Both the position numbers and the translations under genes were made by a program. From NCBI GenBank assembly GCA_963695875.1, contig CAVOID010000009.1:160001-224000 (forward strand): a DNA stretch of 64,000 bases, in the 5' to 3' direction. Origin of the DNA: an uncultured delta proteobacterium (GTDB lineage Bacteria > Desulfobacterota > Syntrophia > Syntrophales > UBA2185). Positions 52,647 to 62,682 of the stretch are shown here, one piece after another (position 1 is the stretch's first letter; each line of letters begins with the position of its first letter). Below the pieces are notes generated by a model. It searched no databases, had not been told where the DNA came from, and was given only the letters and a program-made list of their open reading frames with translations.

Positions 52647-52856
52647 ATGAATGTTCCCGCGGTATATCAGCGATCCGACCAGATGTTACGGCGCGCTTTC
52701 ATCCGTTTCTCACCGGTTTCTCCCCATGACATCGTAGACCATGTCGAAATACAGACTGACGGACATTCATCTGCAAACGAATTCATAATCAGATATAAAT
52801 TTATAGATAGTCATCCCATAAATGTTAAAGGAACATTCATAGATATATACATTTAA
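52647..52856 (+). CDS. Small hypothetical protein ending KGTFIDIYI; paralog of 4498-4737
   Basis: YQRS, SPV..HDI.D.VE, HS.AN and KGTFIDI are shared with the 4498 ORF. Start uncertain. Confidence 0.6.
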   Translation: MNVPAVYQRSDQMLRRAFIRFSPVSPHDIVDHVEIQTDGHSSANEFIIRYKFIDSHPINVKGTFIDIYI

Positions 52857-52924
52857 GAGGGATATCTGTCCAACAGGTCATCGATTCACGCATCGCACCC
52901 GGAATTTTTCGTAATGTCCTATAT

Positions 52925-54270
52925 CTAATTTACACGGAGCAGATATTCCACCACTTTCTCAAGATGACCAAGGGTGCTGCATTCACGGGCCACATTACAG
53001 TATGGAAGGTATGTCTTCATCTCCGAATCCCCAGATCCCCAGAGAGACGGCGTCTCGGGGTTGAGCCATATCAATCGTTTGCACCTCTCAGAAATGACAC
53101 GGAGCACTTCGGTCCTTGGGTTCCAATAATTGTTACGGGCATCTCCCATGATGATCACCGTCGCTCTCTTCGTAAGGCAACCGGAATATTGATCCCTGAA
53201 ATCGAGAAAGGAAACCCCATAATCGGTCCGGTTCATGAGAATCGGAAGATCAGTCCCTGACCGGAGCCTGGCCAGGGCTTCCTGCAACGAGTATATTTCA
53301 AAAAGATAGCTTACTTCAACCAGGTTTGAACAGAATATGAAGGATCGGATCCTGGGAATAAACTCGTTTAAGCTGTATAAAATGAGGAGAAGAAAACGGA
53401 CAACATTTGAAACAGAACGACTCACGTCGCATATAGCTATAACTTCCGGCCGATCAATCTTTTTAGATTTCCAGCGTGTATCGAATGGGAGTCCGCCATA
53501 TGTGAGACTCTGCCTTAATGTCTTCTTGAAGTCCAGGTGCCCCCTGCGGGCAGCCTTTTGTCTTCTTGAATGACGGTCTTTCAACCGCTTGATCATTCTC
53601 TGCACAATTTTATGGATACGGGCCAGATCCCGTTCCTCAAGTGATGTGAGGCTTGCTTTTTTTATATATCCCTCGAACTGTTCATCTGACCTTCTTGCAG
53701 CGTAAAGTTCGAGCTGCCTCTCGACGAGATTGCTTACCCATTCGATAATATTATCCCGCATGGACTGCAGGACTCTCAACTGTGCCAATGCTTCCGCTTC
53801 TCCATCTTCCGCTAGCCTCCTGATATCCCTGTCAAACCCCTCCATGCCGAGCTCTTGAAAAAGCCTCTGCATATAGAGGCCTTTCTGCATCGGGTATTGA
53901 ATGTTGCGTACGTCAGCCCTTCCGGCGGCTTCATTTAATGCCAGGGCGAGACCGCCACCGTCACCTGCAAGAATCGCCCGCGTCAGGAAAGCCGCTCCCT
54001 GGATTGCAGGTGATGTGCTGCTGTTTTCCAACGGAAAATCTATCCTCGGAAATATGATCGATGTCAAAAAAGCTGCTGAAACAGACCTCAAATATCTTTT
54101 TCTCCGGCAGTGACTTGGCGAGAGAGGCAGACAGAAAATCTTCTAACAGCTGCCGGTCTATCGTAGCCGGAAAGTGCCACTGCCTGCAGTGCATCAATCG
54201 TTTCCGCTACGGATATCCTGACACCGCAACGCCGAAGAGCAGTAATAAAATTCTCAAGGGTCCTATCCAA
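52925..54270 (-). CDS. CoxE-like VWA-domain protein; frameshift at ~54095
   Basis: FITALRRCGVRISVAETIDA, LDFKKTLR, CDVSRS (MIDAS-like), TDYG, GDARNN, WLNPE...WGSGDS. Confidence 0.88.
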
Positions 54271-55216
54271 TCAGGGTGCCTCCCGGAGTGCATGCTCCGT
54301 TAATGTGTAAAGTTTTTCTTCCGCAACCCGGATGTCATCCTGCGCCTTGAGAAACGTGTTCAATGTCTCCCTGACCAGTTCCCTGTCCAGGTTTTCGGCA
54401 TGGAGAATAACCAGTGTTTTCGCCCAGTCTATGGTTTCACTGACGGAGGGAAATTTTTTAATGTCGAGCTTTCTTACCTGGTGTATGAAGGAAACCAATT
54501 GCCCCGTCAGTTTTTCCGATATGCCCGGGACGCGCGTTTTGACAATTTCCCTTTCGAGTTCCTGCTCGGGAAACGAAATATAAAGATGAAGACAGCGCCT
54601 TCTCAGGGCCTCACCGAGTTCCCTCGTGCTGTTACTGGTGAGAAAAACAAAAGGTCTTGATGTGGCCTCTATTGTGCCGATCTCGGGGATGGAAACCTGG
54701 AAGTCGGAGAGAATTTCAAGAAGAAAGGCCTCAAACTCATCATCGGATTTGTCCACTTCATCCACCAGGAGGACAGCCCCTTCCTTTTCCTGAAGGGCCT
54801 TGAGAAGCGGTCTCGGTTCCAGAAACTGGGGAGAAAAAAAGATATCGTCATACGCGTGAAGTTTGTCGATGGATTCGGCCAGGCTCGTCTCCCCTTCGAT
54901 GATCTTGTCGAGTTTGTCTTTCAAAAGCTGGGTATAAAGGAGCTGTTTCCCATATTTCCATTCATAAAGAGCTTTCGACTCGTCGAGCCCCTCATAGCAT
55001 TGAAGCCGGATCAGGGGAACGCTCATGAAAGCTGCAGGCCGCCTTGGCAAGTTCTGTTTTGCCCACACCTGCGGGACCCTCCACGAGTACAGGCTTTCCC
55101 AGGTGGTAAGCCAGGTATACTGTATGGGCAATTTGTCTGGTGGCTATGTAGTCCACATCCTTGAGGCCCAGGCGGACACTCTCTACGGTCGCAAATTTAT
55201 CAGTCGATATGCTCAT
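54271..55216 (-). CDS. MoxR/CoxD-like AAA+ ATPase; frameshift at ~55040
   Basis: EGPAGVGKTELAK, IRLQCYEGLD, VDEVDK, ALRRRC, PSVSETIDW. Confidence 0.9.
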
Positions 55217-55262
55217 TGTACCCCTTTCCTATCCTTGCGAAACATTCGCATTGTTACCAGCA

Positions 55263-55346
55263 GGTCATCACGAGGAGCGTAAGCAACGCACTGATCTATC
55301 TGAATATTAATAAGTCGTTAGATTACTTCGCTCTGCTCGCAATAAC
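55263..55346. repeat. Degenerate REP-like inverted-repeat pair
   Basis: GTCATCACGAGGAGCG...GATCT facing AGATTACTTCGCTCTGCTCGCAATAAC. Similar units occur near 22404, 44785 and 50372. Confidence 0.5.
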
Positions 55347-55358
55347 ATAATACAGAAT

Positions 55359-55803
55359 TTATCCTATCTCGAACCAGCATCGAATCTTGTGGAAAAAACT
55401 TCGAAGGATCTTCTTGAAAGATTCAAGTTCTTCCGCAGTAAACCCGTTCTTGATTTCCTGGTTTACCTTCCCGACAATCCTTTTCGCCTTGTTCATCTCC
55501 TCTATACCCTCCGGACTGACATGCACATGTGAAGCCCTGCGGTCATTGGGACTGGCATTTCTCCGGACCAATCCCATTTTTTCGAGGCGGTCCACCAGGC
55601 CGGTGATTGTGGAATTGTCTATGGACAATATCTGGCTCAATTCGCTCATGGTCCTGCCGTCCTTTCTCCGTGAGAAGGAACAGGATGCCCGCCTGGGCCG
55701 GCGTCACCTTGACATTTTCCCTGATCATGATATTACTGAGGTGAGTCCGAAGTTTTTGCTGGGCGGTAAAGATGAGATAAATAAGTCTGTCGTCGGCGGG
55801 CAT
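55359..55803 (-). CDS. MarR family transcriptional regulator; frameshift at ~55675
   Basis: VTPAQAGILFLL, then ELSQILSIDNSTITGLVDRLEKMGLVRR...DRRA. Confidence 0.88.
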
Positions 55804-56060
55804 CTTAATAACCTCAGCGGAATATTTCCGTCTGCTTATTTATTTGGCATACCAAATAATAAATGTCAAACAGAAATATTTATGAGGATGTGCGCATCAA
55901 ACGATGGTTTGGATTTTTGAAAAGAAATTCAAAAGATACAAACAGAAAATTGAACCTCAATTTCAGAAAATCAAGCTGGGTTTAAAATTGTTCGCATGAA
56001 GTGTCAGGTTGATAGGATTTAAATACCTTTTATTATAGGTCGATATGGGTGAAAAAGTCG

Positions 56061-57591
56061 TCATATATTAAATTTTGGATATAAAATTTTTAGACATTCA
56101 GGACATATACCATGACTGAAATCGGCGTCCGAGCGGTCACTTATATAAGTCTCTAATTGTTCCCAGTAACCCTTATCGTTACGTATCTTCTTGCAGGCAG
56201 CACAAATGGGTAAGAGTCCACTCAAAGCCCTGATTCTAGAGAGCGCATCCGTGAGCTCAAGAATTAGTCTCTCCCTTTCCTCCTCCGCCTGCTTGCGTTC
56301 CGATATGTCTTTTGAAGCTACTGTTACGGCTATTGTCGTTATTCGCTTCCTTATCCTTGACAGGACTGAATGTCCGCAGGAAATACCGGCCGTCTCTTTC
56401 ACTTCTATATTCATTCTGGATAGATGTGCCGGTTTCAAATACATGTTCCACTTTCTCAATGAATTCCCTTGTGGACGTTTCGGAATGGAACTCACGATAT
56501 AGTCTGCCTATGATCCTTTCTAATGGAAGGCCGAACCTCGACAAATGTTTATCGTTCATAAATAGATACCTGTAGCCTCTGTCCACAAGATACATCGAAT
56601 CTGCGGTAGAAGCCAAAGATCGGTATTTCTCCCCAGATTCCCGCAACGCTTCTTCCGTATGCTTGCGATCAGTGATATCCCGGATAGATTCAATAGCACC
56701 TACAATATTAGCCCCGCTATCATATAATGGCCTGGCTTTCCCCCAGAGTATGCGCTGTTGATTGTTCAGGGGTACATCAGCCTCAGTTAAAAGAATATCT
56801 CCTTTCTTTTCGATAAATCTGTACTTCTTCTCGATCTTTTCATCAGATATAAATACCAGATCAATCAGTATCGGTCTCCGCATCCCGTAGAAAGGTATGG
56901 CATATTCATAATCGCCTTTTCCTACCATGTCTTCGGCCTTGACTCCTGTCATCTCTTCAATAGCCCGGTTCCACGTGATTACTTTACCTTCTCGATCAAT
57001 GGCAAAGGTTGCATCAGGCAGGAAATCAATGATATCGGATAAGCGCTGCTCCGATTCCTTCAGCGCTTCCTCCGCTCGCTTGCTGTTTGTGATGTCACGT
57101 ACAATGATGACAATCTGGCTTTCCAAAAGTGGCAATAATCTTGCCTCATAATGGTATTCGTCATTCTGCTGCGCTATGGAATATTCCATGCTGACAAGGG
57201 ATCTTGTTTTTTGTGCTTGATCAATTGCCTTTCCAAATTTTTTTCCGACATTTCGAGGGAATATATCACCGATCTGTTTTCCAATCACTTTTTCCTCTAA
57301 TATATGCATATTTATTCCGTTAGATGCTTGATAATCCAGAATGATGCCCTCACTGTCCGTTCGAAACAGGAGATCCGGGAAGGCTTGAAACAATGCCCTC
57401 ATTTCAGAGCTGGCCTGCAGCAATTCTTGTGAGCTGAGATCGAGGGATCTCTCTAATATCTCACGATCGGCGTCCATCTGCCAGTAGGCTTCATTGACGG
57501 AACTAATCATTTTTTCACATCCACTTGGGACGGCATCCAAACCACCGAAATTACGAATTATTTGACGTTTCAACAAGCTGTGCAGATCCAT
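56061..57591 (-). CDS. Multi-PAS protein with C-terminal Cys-rich domain (no kinase); frameshift at ~56345
   Basis: Three PAS/PAC units, then GLLPICAACKKIRNDKGYW...SHGICPEC in the shifted frame. Confidence 0.85.
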
Positions 57592-58048
57592 GGCTACTCC
57601 GTATCTCAACTCTGTTACAATTCTTGAGTCCTTCTGTAAAACAAAGAGAGGTCAGATCTATAACGGCTGACACATTTTTCTGTGAATTTTTTTTGGATAA
57701 TATTTTGCTTAGATCGTGTTTGTACATGGGACCATTTCCCAAGACGAAACAGTAGGGGAAAACCCTCTAAGAAACGGGCTTTCATAGATCAGTTCGAAGT
57801 TCATAATTGTAGATATCGGTGTAACACATACATGGTATATTTTATAAATGCAATACTAGAAAAATACTTAAAATATACCAGGTAAGAACTCTTATGTATT
57901 AACTGGTTGTACTTTTTTTATTTGAATAAGTTTATGAATTACGGAGGGTCAGGTAAACATAAATGTCCTGTACTCACTCTTTTCTTCGCGCTGTAGTTTC
58001 CAGGAATATGTTTCTCCATTTTCAATGATTATAAGATTAGTTGTGGAA

Positions 58049-58080
58049 GTGAAGCTCCCCCCTTAGGGCGGGGCTTCCTG
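58049..58080 (+). repeat. Short palindromic end-like repeat
   Basis: GTGAAGCTCCCCCCTTAGGGCGGGGCTTC hairpin. Its start resembles the 118-bp element start (TTGAAGCTCTCCGC). Confidence 0.5.
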
Positions 58081-58126
58081 AATTTGTGCTGTACGTTATG
58101 ATAACGCAGAGTAGTATTATCCCAGA

Positions 58127-58244
58127 TTGAAGCTCTCCGCAGTAAACTACAGAGAAACTTCGATCTTTAGGGAATAGTAGAGTAAATGACTCGAGCGCAT
58201 ATCCCGCAGCTGGCCACGGGGTATGCGCTCGCTATTGGATTCAT
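58127..58244 (+). mobile_element. 118-bp two-hairpin element, copy 5 (diverged)
   Basis: TTGAAGCTCTCCGCAGTAAACTAC...GCGCTCGCTATTGGATTCAT. Same length. Supplies the TGA of the Cache gene. Confidence 0.8.
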
Positions 58245-58693
58245 ACCCACGTTTGGTTTGCTGACGAAATTTGAATATTATAAGAAATCAAATCCAGCCA
58301 CTTTTCTATATAGATTCCACCGCAAAAGATCAGGTCATCGACCTTCTCAAAGTATACACGCTTGGGTTTTGTCTCTTTGGTTACAGGGTTATACCATTTA
58401 TACTCTACAGTCCCGCTGCCTTTCTCCTCGGCTGAACCGATGATATCCCTGATAAAACTCTTGCCATCAGAATCCTTGATGTCGTTGAAGTTCTTTCCTA
58501 TATATTTTTCATTGACTCCATGAGCCATCATGGTTCCTTTCAGATCCAGCACGAAGACATACATTTCGTCCTGAACAAAAGGTCCTTTAGGATTTGTGAA
58601 CTCGGCCAGAGCAATATCTCTGCCGGAATTCTTGTAAAAACTTATTGTCTTGGACACAAACTCTTTCGCTTCTTTCTTTGATTTTTCCAACAT
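58241..58693 (-). CDS. Stand-alone single Cache domain protein
   Basis: EMYVFV.D..G.M.AH, D.DGK.FI, G.VEYKW.NP...K..Y, CGGIY. No signal peptide. Confidence 0.85.
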   Translation of the reverse strand: MLEKSKKEAKEFVSKTISFYKNSGRDIALAEFTNPKGPFVQDEMYVFVLDLKGTMMAHGVNEKYIGKNFNDIKDSDGKSFIRDIIGSAEEKGSGTVEYKWYNPVTKETKPKRVYFEKVDDLIFCGGIYIEKWLDLISYNIQISSANQTWV

Positions 58694-58791
58694 ATTTTCC
58701 TCCTAATTTTATTGGCCGATACCGGGTTAATTTGATTATCAGCCAAGCTATAGATTTAAATCCAGTAATTGAAACTACATCTCAGTTACAC

Positions 58792-59166
58792 TTATTCAGA
58801 CACCACAAATCCCACTTCTCTCATCAGGTCTTTTACTGTCATTAGATATTTTGCAAGAATCTGCATTTCAAGGAGACCCGATGAAAGTCTCTTTTCAATC
58901 ATATTCTTCGGGACAGGCGGTTCACCCAAATACATCTTGAGGTCCTTTAAGGCTTCTTCCTTTGTCTTCTCAGACATATAAATCACGTTAAATTCTCTAA
59001 TTAATTCAACTGGTGACCTGCCGTATTTCACAAGCGCCTGTTGCTCGAAAAGACCGGACGAACGGTAAGAACGCCTAATATGTTCGACATCGTAGGGCGG
59101 TTTGCCGTAATACATCTTAAGGTCCTTTAAGGCTTCTTCTTTCATTTTTGCCGATAATACTTTCAT
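58792..59166 (-). CDS. Hypothetical protein made of two ~60-aa repeats
   Basis: KEEALKDLKMY.G.PP...SSGL.E.Q...KY occurs twice. GGAGG RBS. Confidence 0.8.
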   Translation of the reverse strand: MKVLSAKMKEEALKDLKMYYGKPPYDVEHIRRSYRSSGLFEQQALVKYGRSPVELIREFNVIYMSEKTKEEALKDLKMYLGEPPVPKNMIEKRLSSGLLEMQILAKYLMTVKDLMREVGFVVSE

Positions 59167-59223
59167 CTATTGCCTCCAATTAATTTTTAATAATTCCTTC
59201 CGCTAGTATGACGTCTGACTTGT

Positions 59224-59502
59224 TCATTTCTCTCCCAACCACACTGAATGAGAAATCAGGCCGAACTCTCTAAGCACATGAGCCAGGCATAGACCGGTGG
59301 CGCTTCCCTGAGGCTCGGCTTTGCCTGATTGCCAATACAGGTGGACAGAGAGGTCGTTATTCACCACGGCATTGTGGTAGAGCCTTATATCTTTCATGTT
59401 GCCGTTATTGCCGAACTCCTTTATCAGCTTCTCAATTTCCTGTTCCACTAGTTCCGGGGTTTTTTCAGCAATGCGAAGTTTTATAACTTCCATCCACTCC
59501 AT
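59224..59502 (-). CDS. Small hypothetical protein under a sigma54 promoter
   Basis: GGAGG RBS, upstream sigma54 site, C-terminal LREFGLISHSVW. Confidence 0.8.
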   Translation of the reverse strand: MEWMEVIKLRIAEKTPELVEQEIEKLIKEFGNNGNMKDIRLYHNAVVNNDLSVHLYWQSGKAEPQGSATGLCLAHVLREFGLISHSVWLGEK

Positions 59503-59539
59503 CTCTTTGACCTCCGACCTGATTTTGTAATATACTTCA

Positions 59540-59554
59540 GCATACTACGTGCCA
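59540..59554 (-). promoter_or_regulatory. Sigma54 (-24/-12) promoter
   Basis: TGGCACGTAGTATGC on the minus strand, near consensus. Confidence 0.85.
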
Positions 59555-59571
59555 ATATTTAACTTAAATGA

Positions 59572-59660
59572 TATCAGCTATTTATAAAATGATGCTCCCG
59601 CAAACTGCGAGTATTCGCAATAATGCTTGTGCTATTTCGCAATTGGGTGTTAAATTGCGA
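59572..59660. promoter_or_regulatory. IHF site and candidate activator-binding palindromes
   Basis: TATCAGCTATTTA matches WATCAR-N4-TTR (59572-59584). Palindromes TGCGAgtatTCGCA (59606) and TCGCAATT-N8-AATTGCGA (59637). Confidence 0.6.
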
Positions 59661-59696
59661 CATACAACAACACGAGAACCATCACTGGGGGAGACC

Positions 59697-61229
59697 ATGA
59701 GTATAGATGAAAGTGAATTTTTTCATCAGATGACCATATTGATATGCAGCAGTCTTGACATTGAGACTGCCTTAAAGCGCTCACTAAATTATTTAGTAAA
59801 ATTCATGCCCGTGGATAAGATCTACCTGCACCTGTATGAACAGAGCCTTGGCGCGATAAAGACAATAGCTGAGGTGACTACATCGGGCAGCAGAAGCCTG
59901 GAGAAGATAATACCGCTGTCTCAAGAAGGGAGGGCGAGTTTTGAAAGGCCCGGTGTACCGAATGTAAGGATCGTCAATCGTCCTGAAGCCGATCCTGTCA
60001 TCAAGAAAATCGCCGAATCTTTCAAACTGCTGAACACTTCGTCTTTGGTGATGCGCCTCGTAATTGAAGGCAAGCGACTAGGTTCATTAGTTTTGACGGC
60101 TGAGGGATGGGATAGATACTCGGAAAAACACGCCCGGCTGTTCTCTCTCTTAAACGAGCCTTTCGCAATCGCTCTGTCCAACGCGCTTACGCATCAGGAA
60201 GTTCTCAGGCTGAAAGATATGCTGACGGACGATAACCGGTATCTCCATCAGGAATTGCTGCGCCTGTCCGGAGATGAGATCATCGGCAGTGAGTTCGGAT
60301 TGAAAGATGTTATGGAGATGGTCCGGAAAGTAGCGCCTCTCGACAGCCCTGTGCTTCTCTTGGGTGAAACCGGTGTCGGTAAAGGAGTCATAGCCGGCGC
60401 CATCCACTATTTATCTCCTCGAAGGAAAGGTCCCTTCATCACGGTCAATAGCGGCGCCATTCCGGAAACCCTCATAGACAGCGAGCTTTTCGGTCACGAG
60501 AAAGGGGCCTTTACCGGGGCTATAGAGCAAAAGCGCGGGCGCTTCGAGCGTGCGAATCAGGGAACGATTTTTCTTGATGAGATCGGAGAACTACCGGCTC
60601 ACGCCCAGATTAGAATGCTGCGCGTATTGCAGGAAAAAGAAATCGAGAGGGTAGGAGGAACAAGGCCTATACCGGTTGATATAAGGACTATTGCCGCTAC
60701 CCACCGTAATCTGCACGATATGGTAAAGGAAAAACAATTCCGTGAGGACCTGTGGTTTCGGATCAACGTCTTTCCTATCAGGGTACCGCCGCTTCGGGAA
60801 AGAAAAGAGGATATTCCTTCATTAGTTTACTACTTTATCAACAAGAAATCGAAGCAGTTAAAGCTGCCAGCGGCCCCGGAATTATCACCGGGCGCAATGG
60901 AACGACTTTTAAATTACAATTGGCCGGGAAATGTCCGGGAGCTGGAAAATGTTGTGGAGCGGGAATTAATCTTAAACAAAGGGGAACCTCCGACTTTCAT
61001 GGTCCTGGTTGGGATAGATAAGACAAATTATGCCACGGCTTCCATCGATCTGCCGGACAAAGCACTCACCCTTGACAAAGTTAATGCCCTCCACATTCAG
61101 CGGGTTCTGAAAATGTCAAAGGGAATTGTACACGGCCCTGACGGGGCAGCTGCTCTGCTGGGAGTAAACCCGAGCACATTAAGAAGCAAAATGAAAAAAC
61201 TTGGGATCCCATACGGAAGAAGAAAATGA
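59697..61229 (+). CDS. GAF-domain sigma54-dependent transcriptional activator (Fis HTH)
   Basis: GETGVGK, ELFGHEKGAFTGA, FLDEIGE, WPGNVRELEN, AAALLGVNPSTLRSKMKKLG. Confidence 0.95.
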   Translation: MSIDESEFFHQMTILICSSLDIETALKRSLNYLVKFMPVDKIYLHLYEQSLGAIKTIAEVTTSGSRSLEKIIPLSQEGRASFERPGVPNVRIVNRPEADPVIKKIAESFKLLNTSSLVMRLVIEGKRLGSLVLTAEGWDRYSEKHARLFSLLNEPFAIALSNALTHQEVLRLKDMLTDDNRYLHQELLRLSGDEIIGSEFGLKDVMEMVRKVAPLDSPVLLLGETGVGKGVIAGAIHYLSPRRKGPFITVNSGAIPETLIDSELFGHEKGAFTGAIEQKRGRFERANQGTIFLDEIGELPAHAQIRMLRVLQEKEIERVGGTRPIPVDIRTIAATHRNLHDMVKEKQFREDLWFRINVFPIRVPPLRERKEDIPSLVYYFINKKSKQLKLPAAPELSPGAMERLLNYNWPGNVRELENVVERELILNKGEPPTFMVLVGIDKTNYATASIDLPDKALTLDKVNALHIQRVLKMSKGIVHGPDGAAALLGVNPSTLRSKMKKLGIPYGRRK

Positions 61230-61297
61230 ATATCAAAGATGCACTTCTCAGCAGACGACTGAACATGGGATAAGAAATATCCGAAAGATCAGCCGTT

Positions 61298-62035
61298 TCA
61301 TATAAGAATCATTTTATATCCCGCAATGACGAGCACAATAGAGAGTGCTCTCTGTATGACCAAAAGAGGAAGTCGCCTGCTGCCAAGATATGAACCTGCC
61401 AAGCCGCCGGTGACAGCCGCAATAGCTATGATCAGTGCCGTGGGCGGAATATTCTGAGCGGCACTCATGTGACCCAGAAGCCCCGAAGAGGAGTTTACCA
61501 GAACAAAGAATGCCGAAACTGCCGCAGTCTCCTTGATCCCGGCCCACCCCATAAGGATTAAGAGAGGACTTAAAAATATGCCGCCTCCCACACCTATAAG
61601 ACCGGATGTCAAACCTATTGCCGCACCCGCGAATAGAGAAACGGAAAGCGAGGGGTGATTGATCTCATCTTTTTGCAGGGGAGCCCGGATAAGCAGGCGC
61701 ATGGCGGAAAACAACAGTGTTATCCCGACAGCCAATCTATAAACTTCAACTGGTAAGACAAATGATCCGCCAATGTATGCGAAAGGAACTGACATACATG
61801 CGAAAGGCCAAAAAAGAGACCATCGAAAATACCCGGCCCTGTAAAATTGAAAGGCCGCTATAGATGAAACCAGAATATTCAGTACCAGGGCTGTCGGTTT
61901 TGCGACCCCGGGCATAAGTCCGAAAAGCATCATAACGGCAATATAGCCGGAGGCCCCTCCGTGACCGACGCAGGAGTATAAAAGAGCAACTAACGCAATG
62001 CATACCGCCAAAGTACTGAGAAGAAGAGGATCCAT
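61298..62035 (-). CDS. TauE/SafE (TSUP) family transporter
   Basis: VGHGGASGYIA, SGLIGVGGGIFLSP, eight TM helices. Confidence 0.9.
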   Translation of the reverse strand: MDPLLLSTLAVCIALVALLYSCVGHGGASGYIAVMMLFGLMPGVAKPTALVLNILVSSIAAFQFYRAGYFRWSLFWPFACMSVPFAYIGGSFVLPVEVYRLAVGITLLFSAMRLLIRAPLQKDEINHPSLSVSLFAGAAIGLTSGLIGVGGGIFLSPLLILMGWAGIKETAAVSAFFVLVNSSSGLLGHMSAAQNIPPTALIIAIAAVTGGLAGSYLGSRRLPLLVIQRALSIVLVIAGYKMILI

Positions 62036-62088
62036 AGGAATTACCAGTTTCAAACGAGGACTTCGTTTATCTTTCCCCGGAGAATTAT

Positions 62089-62682
62089 CTATCTGCACCT
62101 TTCAAGTATTTTCTGATATTCCTCCGGTGTATCCATGTCCAGCACGACACCTTCATCAGCAACATGGAAAAATAATATTTTATCCTTGTGGCTGCTGATG
62201 ACGTCGCGTAATGTAGAATGCTGTTTTACTTCCTCCAGAATAAAACGGGGGAAAAGCGTCGGATGTCCCCGTTGCCCCTGAAACGTCGGGATGATAATTA
62301 AATCAGGCCTTGCATCGTGCTCTCTACCCATGGCACCGAGTGTCGTCGAAGTCACCAGGGGATAGTCGCATAAACAAATGAAGATACCTGTTGAAGCGCC
62401 GTCAATGGCACTCAAGCCCACCCTTATGGATGCGGCCATGTCGCTTTCCGGCACATCATTTACTGCGATGTTGACTGGATACTCTTTCAGCACTCTCACT
62501 ATCTCATTGCCCTCCGGATTGACTACCACGACTATGTTATCGACTCCTGAATCTCTGATGCTTTCTGTGCATCGGACGATGGCAGGACGATTATCAACCG
62601 GAAGAAGCTGTTTAACTGTTCCCATCCGCAATGACCGCCCCGCGGCCAGGAGAATCGCTGACAGTTTTGTTCCCACCACCAC
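62089..62682 (-). CDS. mocA: Molybdenum cofactor cytidylyltransferase-like nucleotidyltransferase
   Basis: ILLAAGRS.RMG..KQLL, LCDYP, RGHP.LF, DMDTPEEY. Adjacent to xdhC. Confidence 0.85.
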   Translation of the reverse strand: MVVGTKLSAILLAAGRSLRMGTVKQLLPVDNRPAIVRCTESIRDSGVDNIVVVVNPEGNEIVRVLKEYPVNIAVNDVPESDMAASIRVGLSAIDGASTGIFICLCDYPLVTSTTLGAMGREHDARPDLIIIPTFQGQRGHPTLFPRFILEEVKQHSTLRDVISSHKDKILFFHVADEGVVLDMDTPEEYQKILERCR

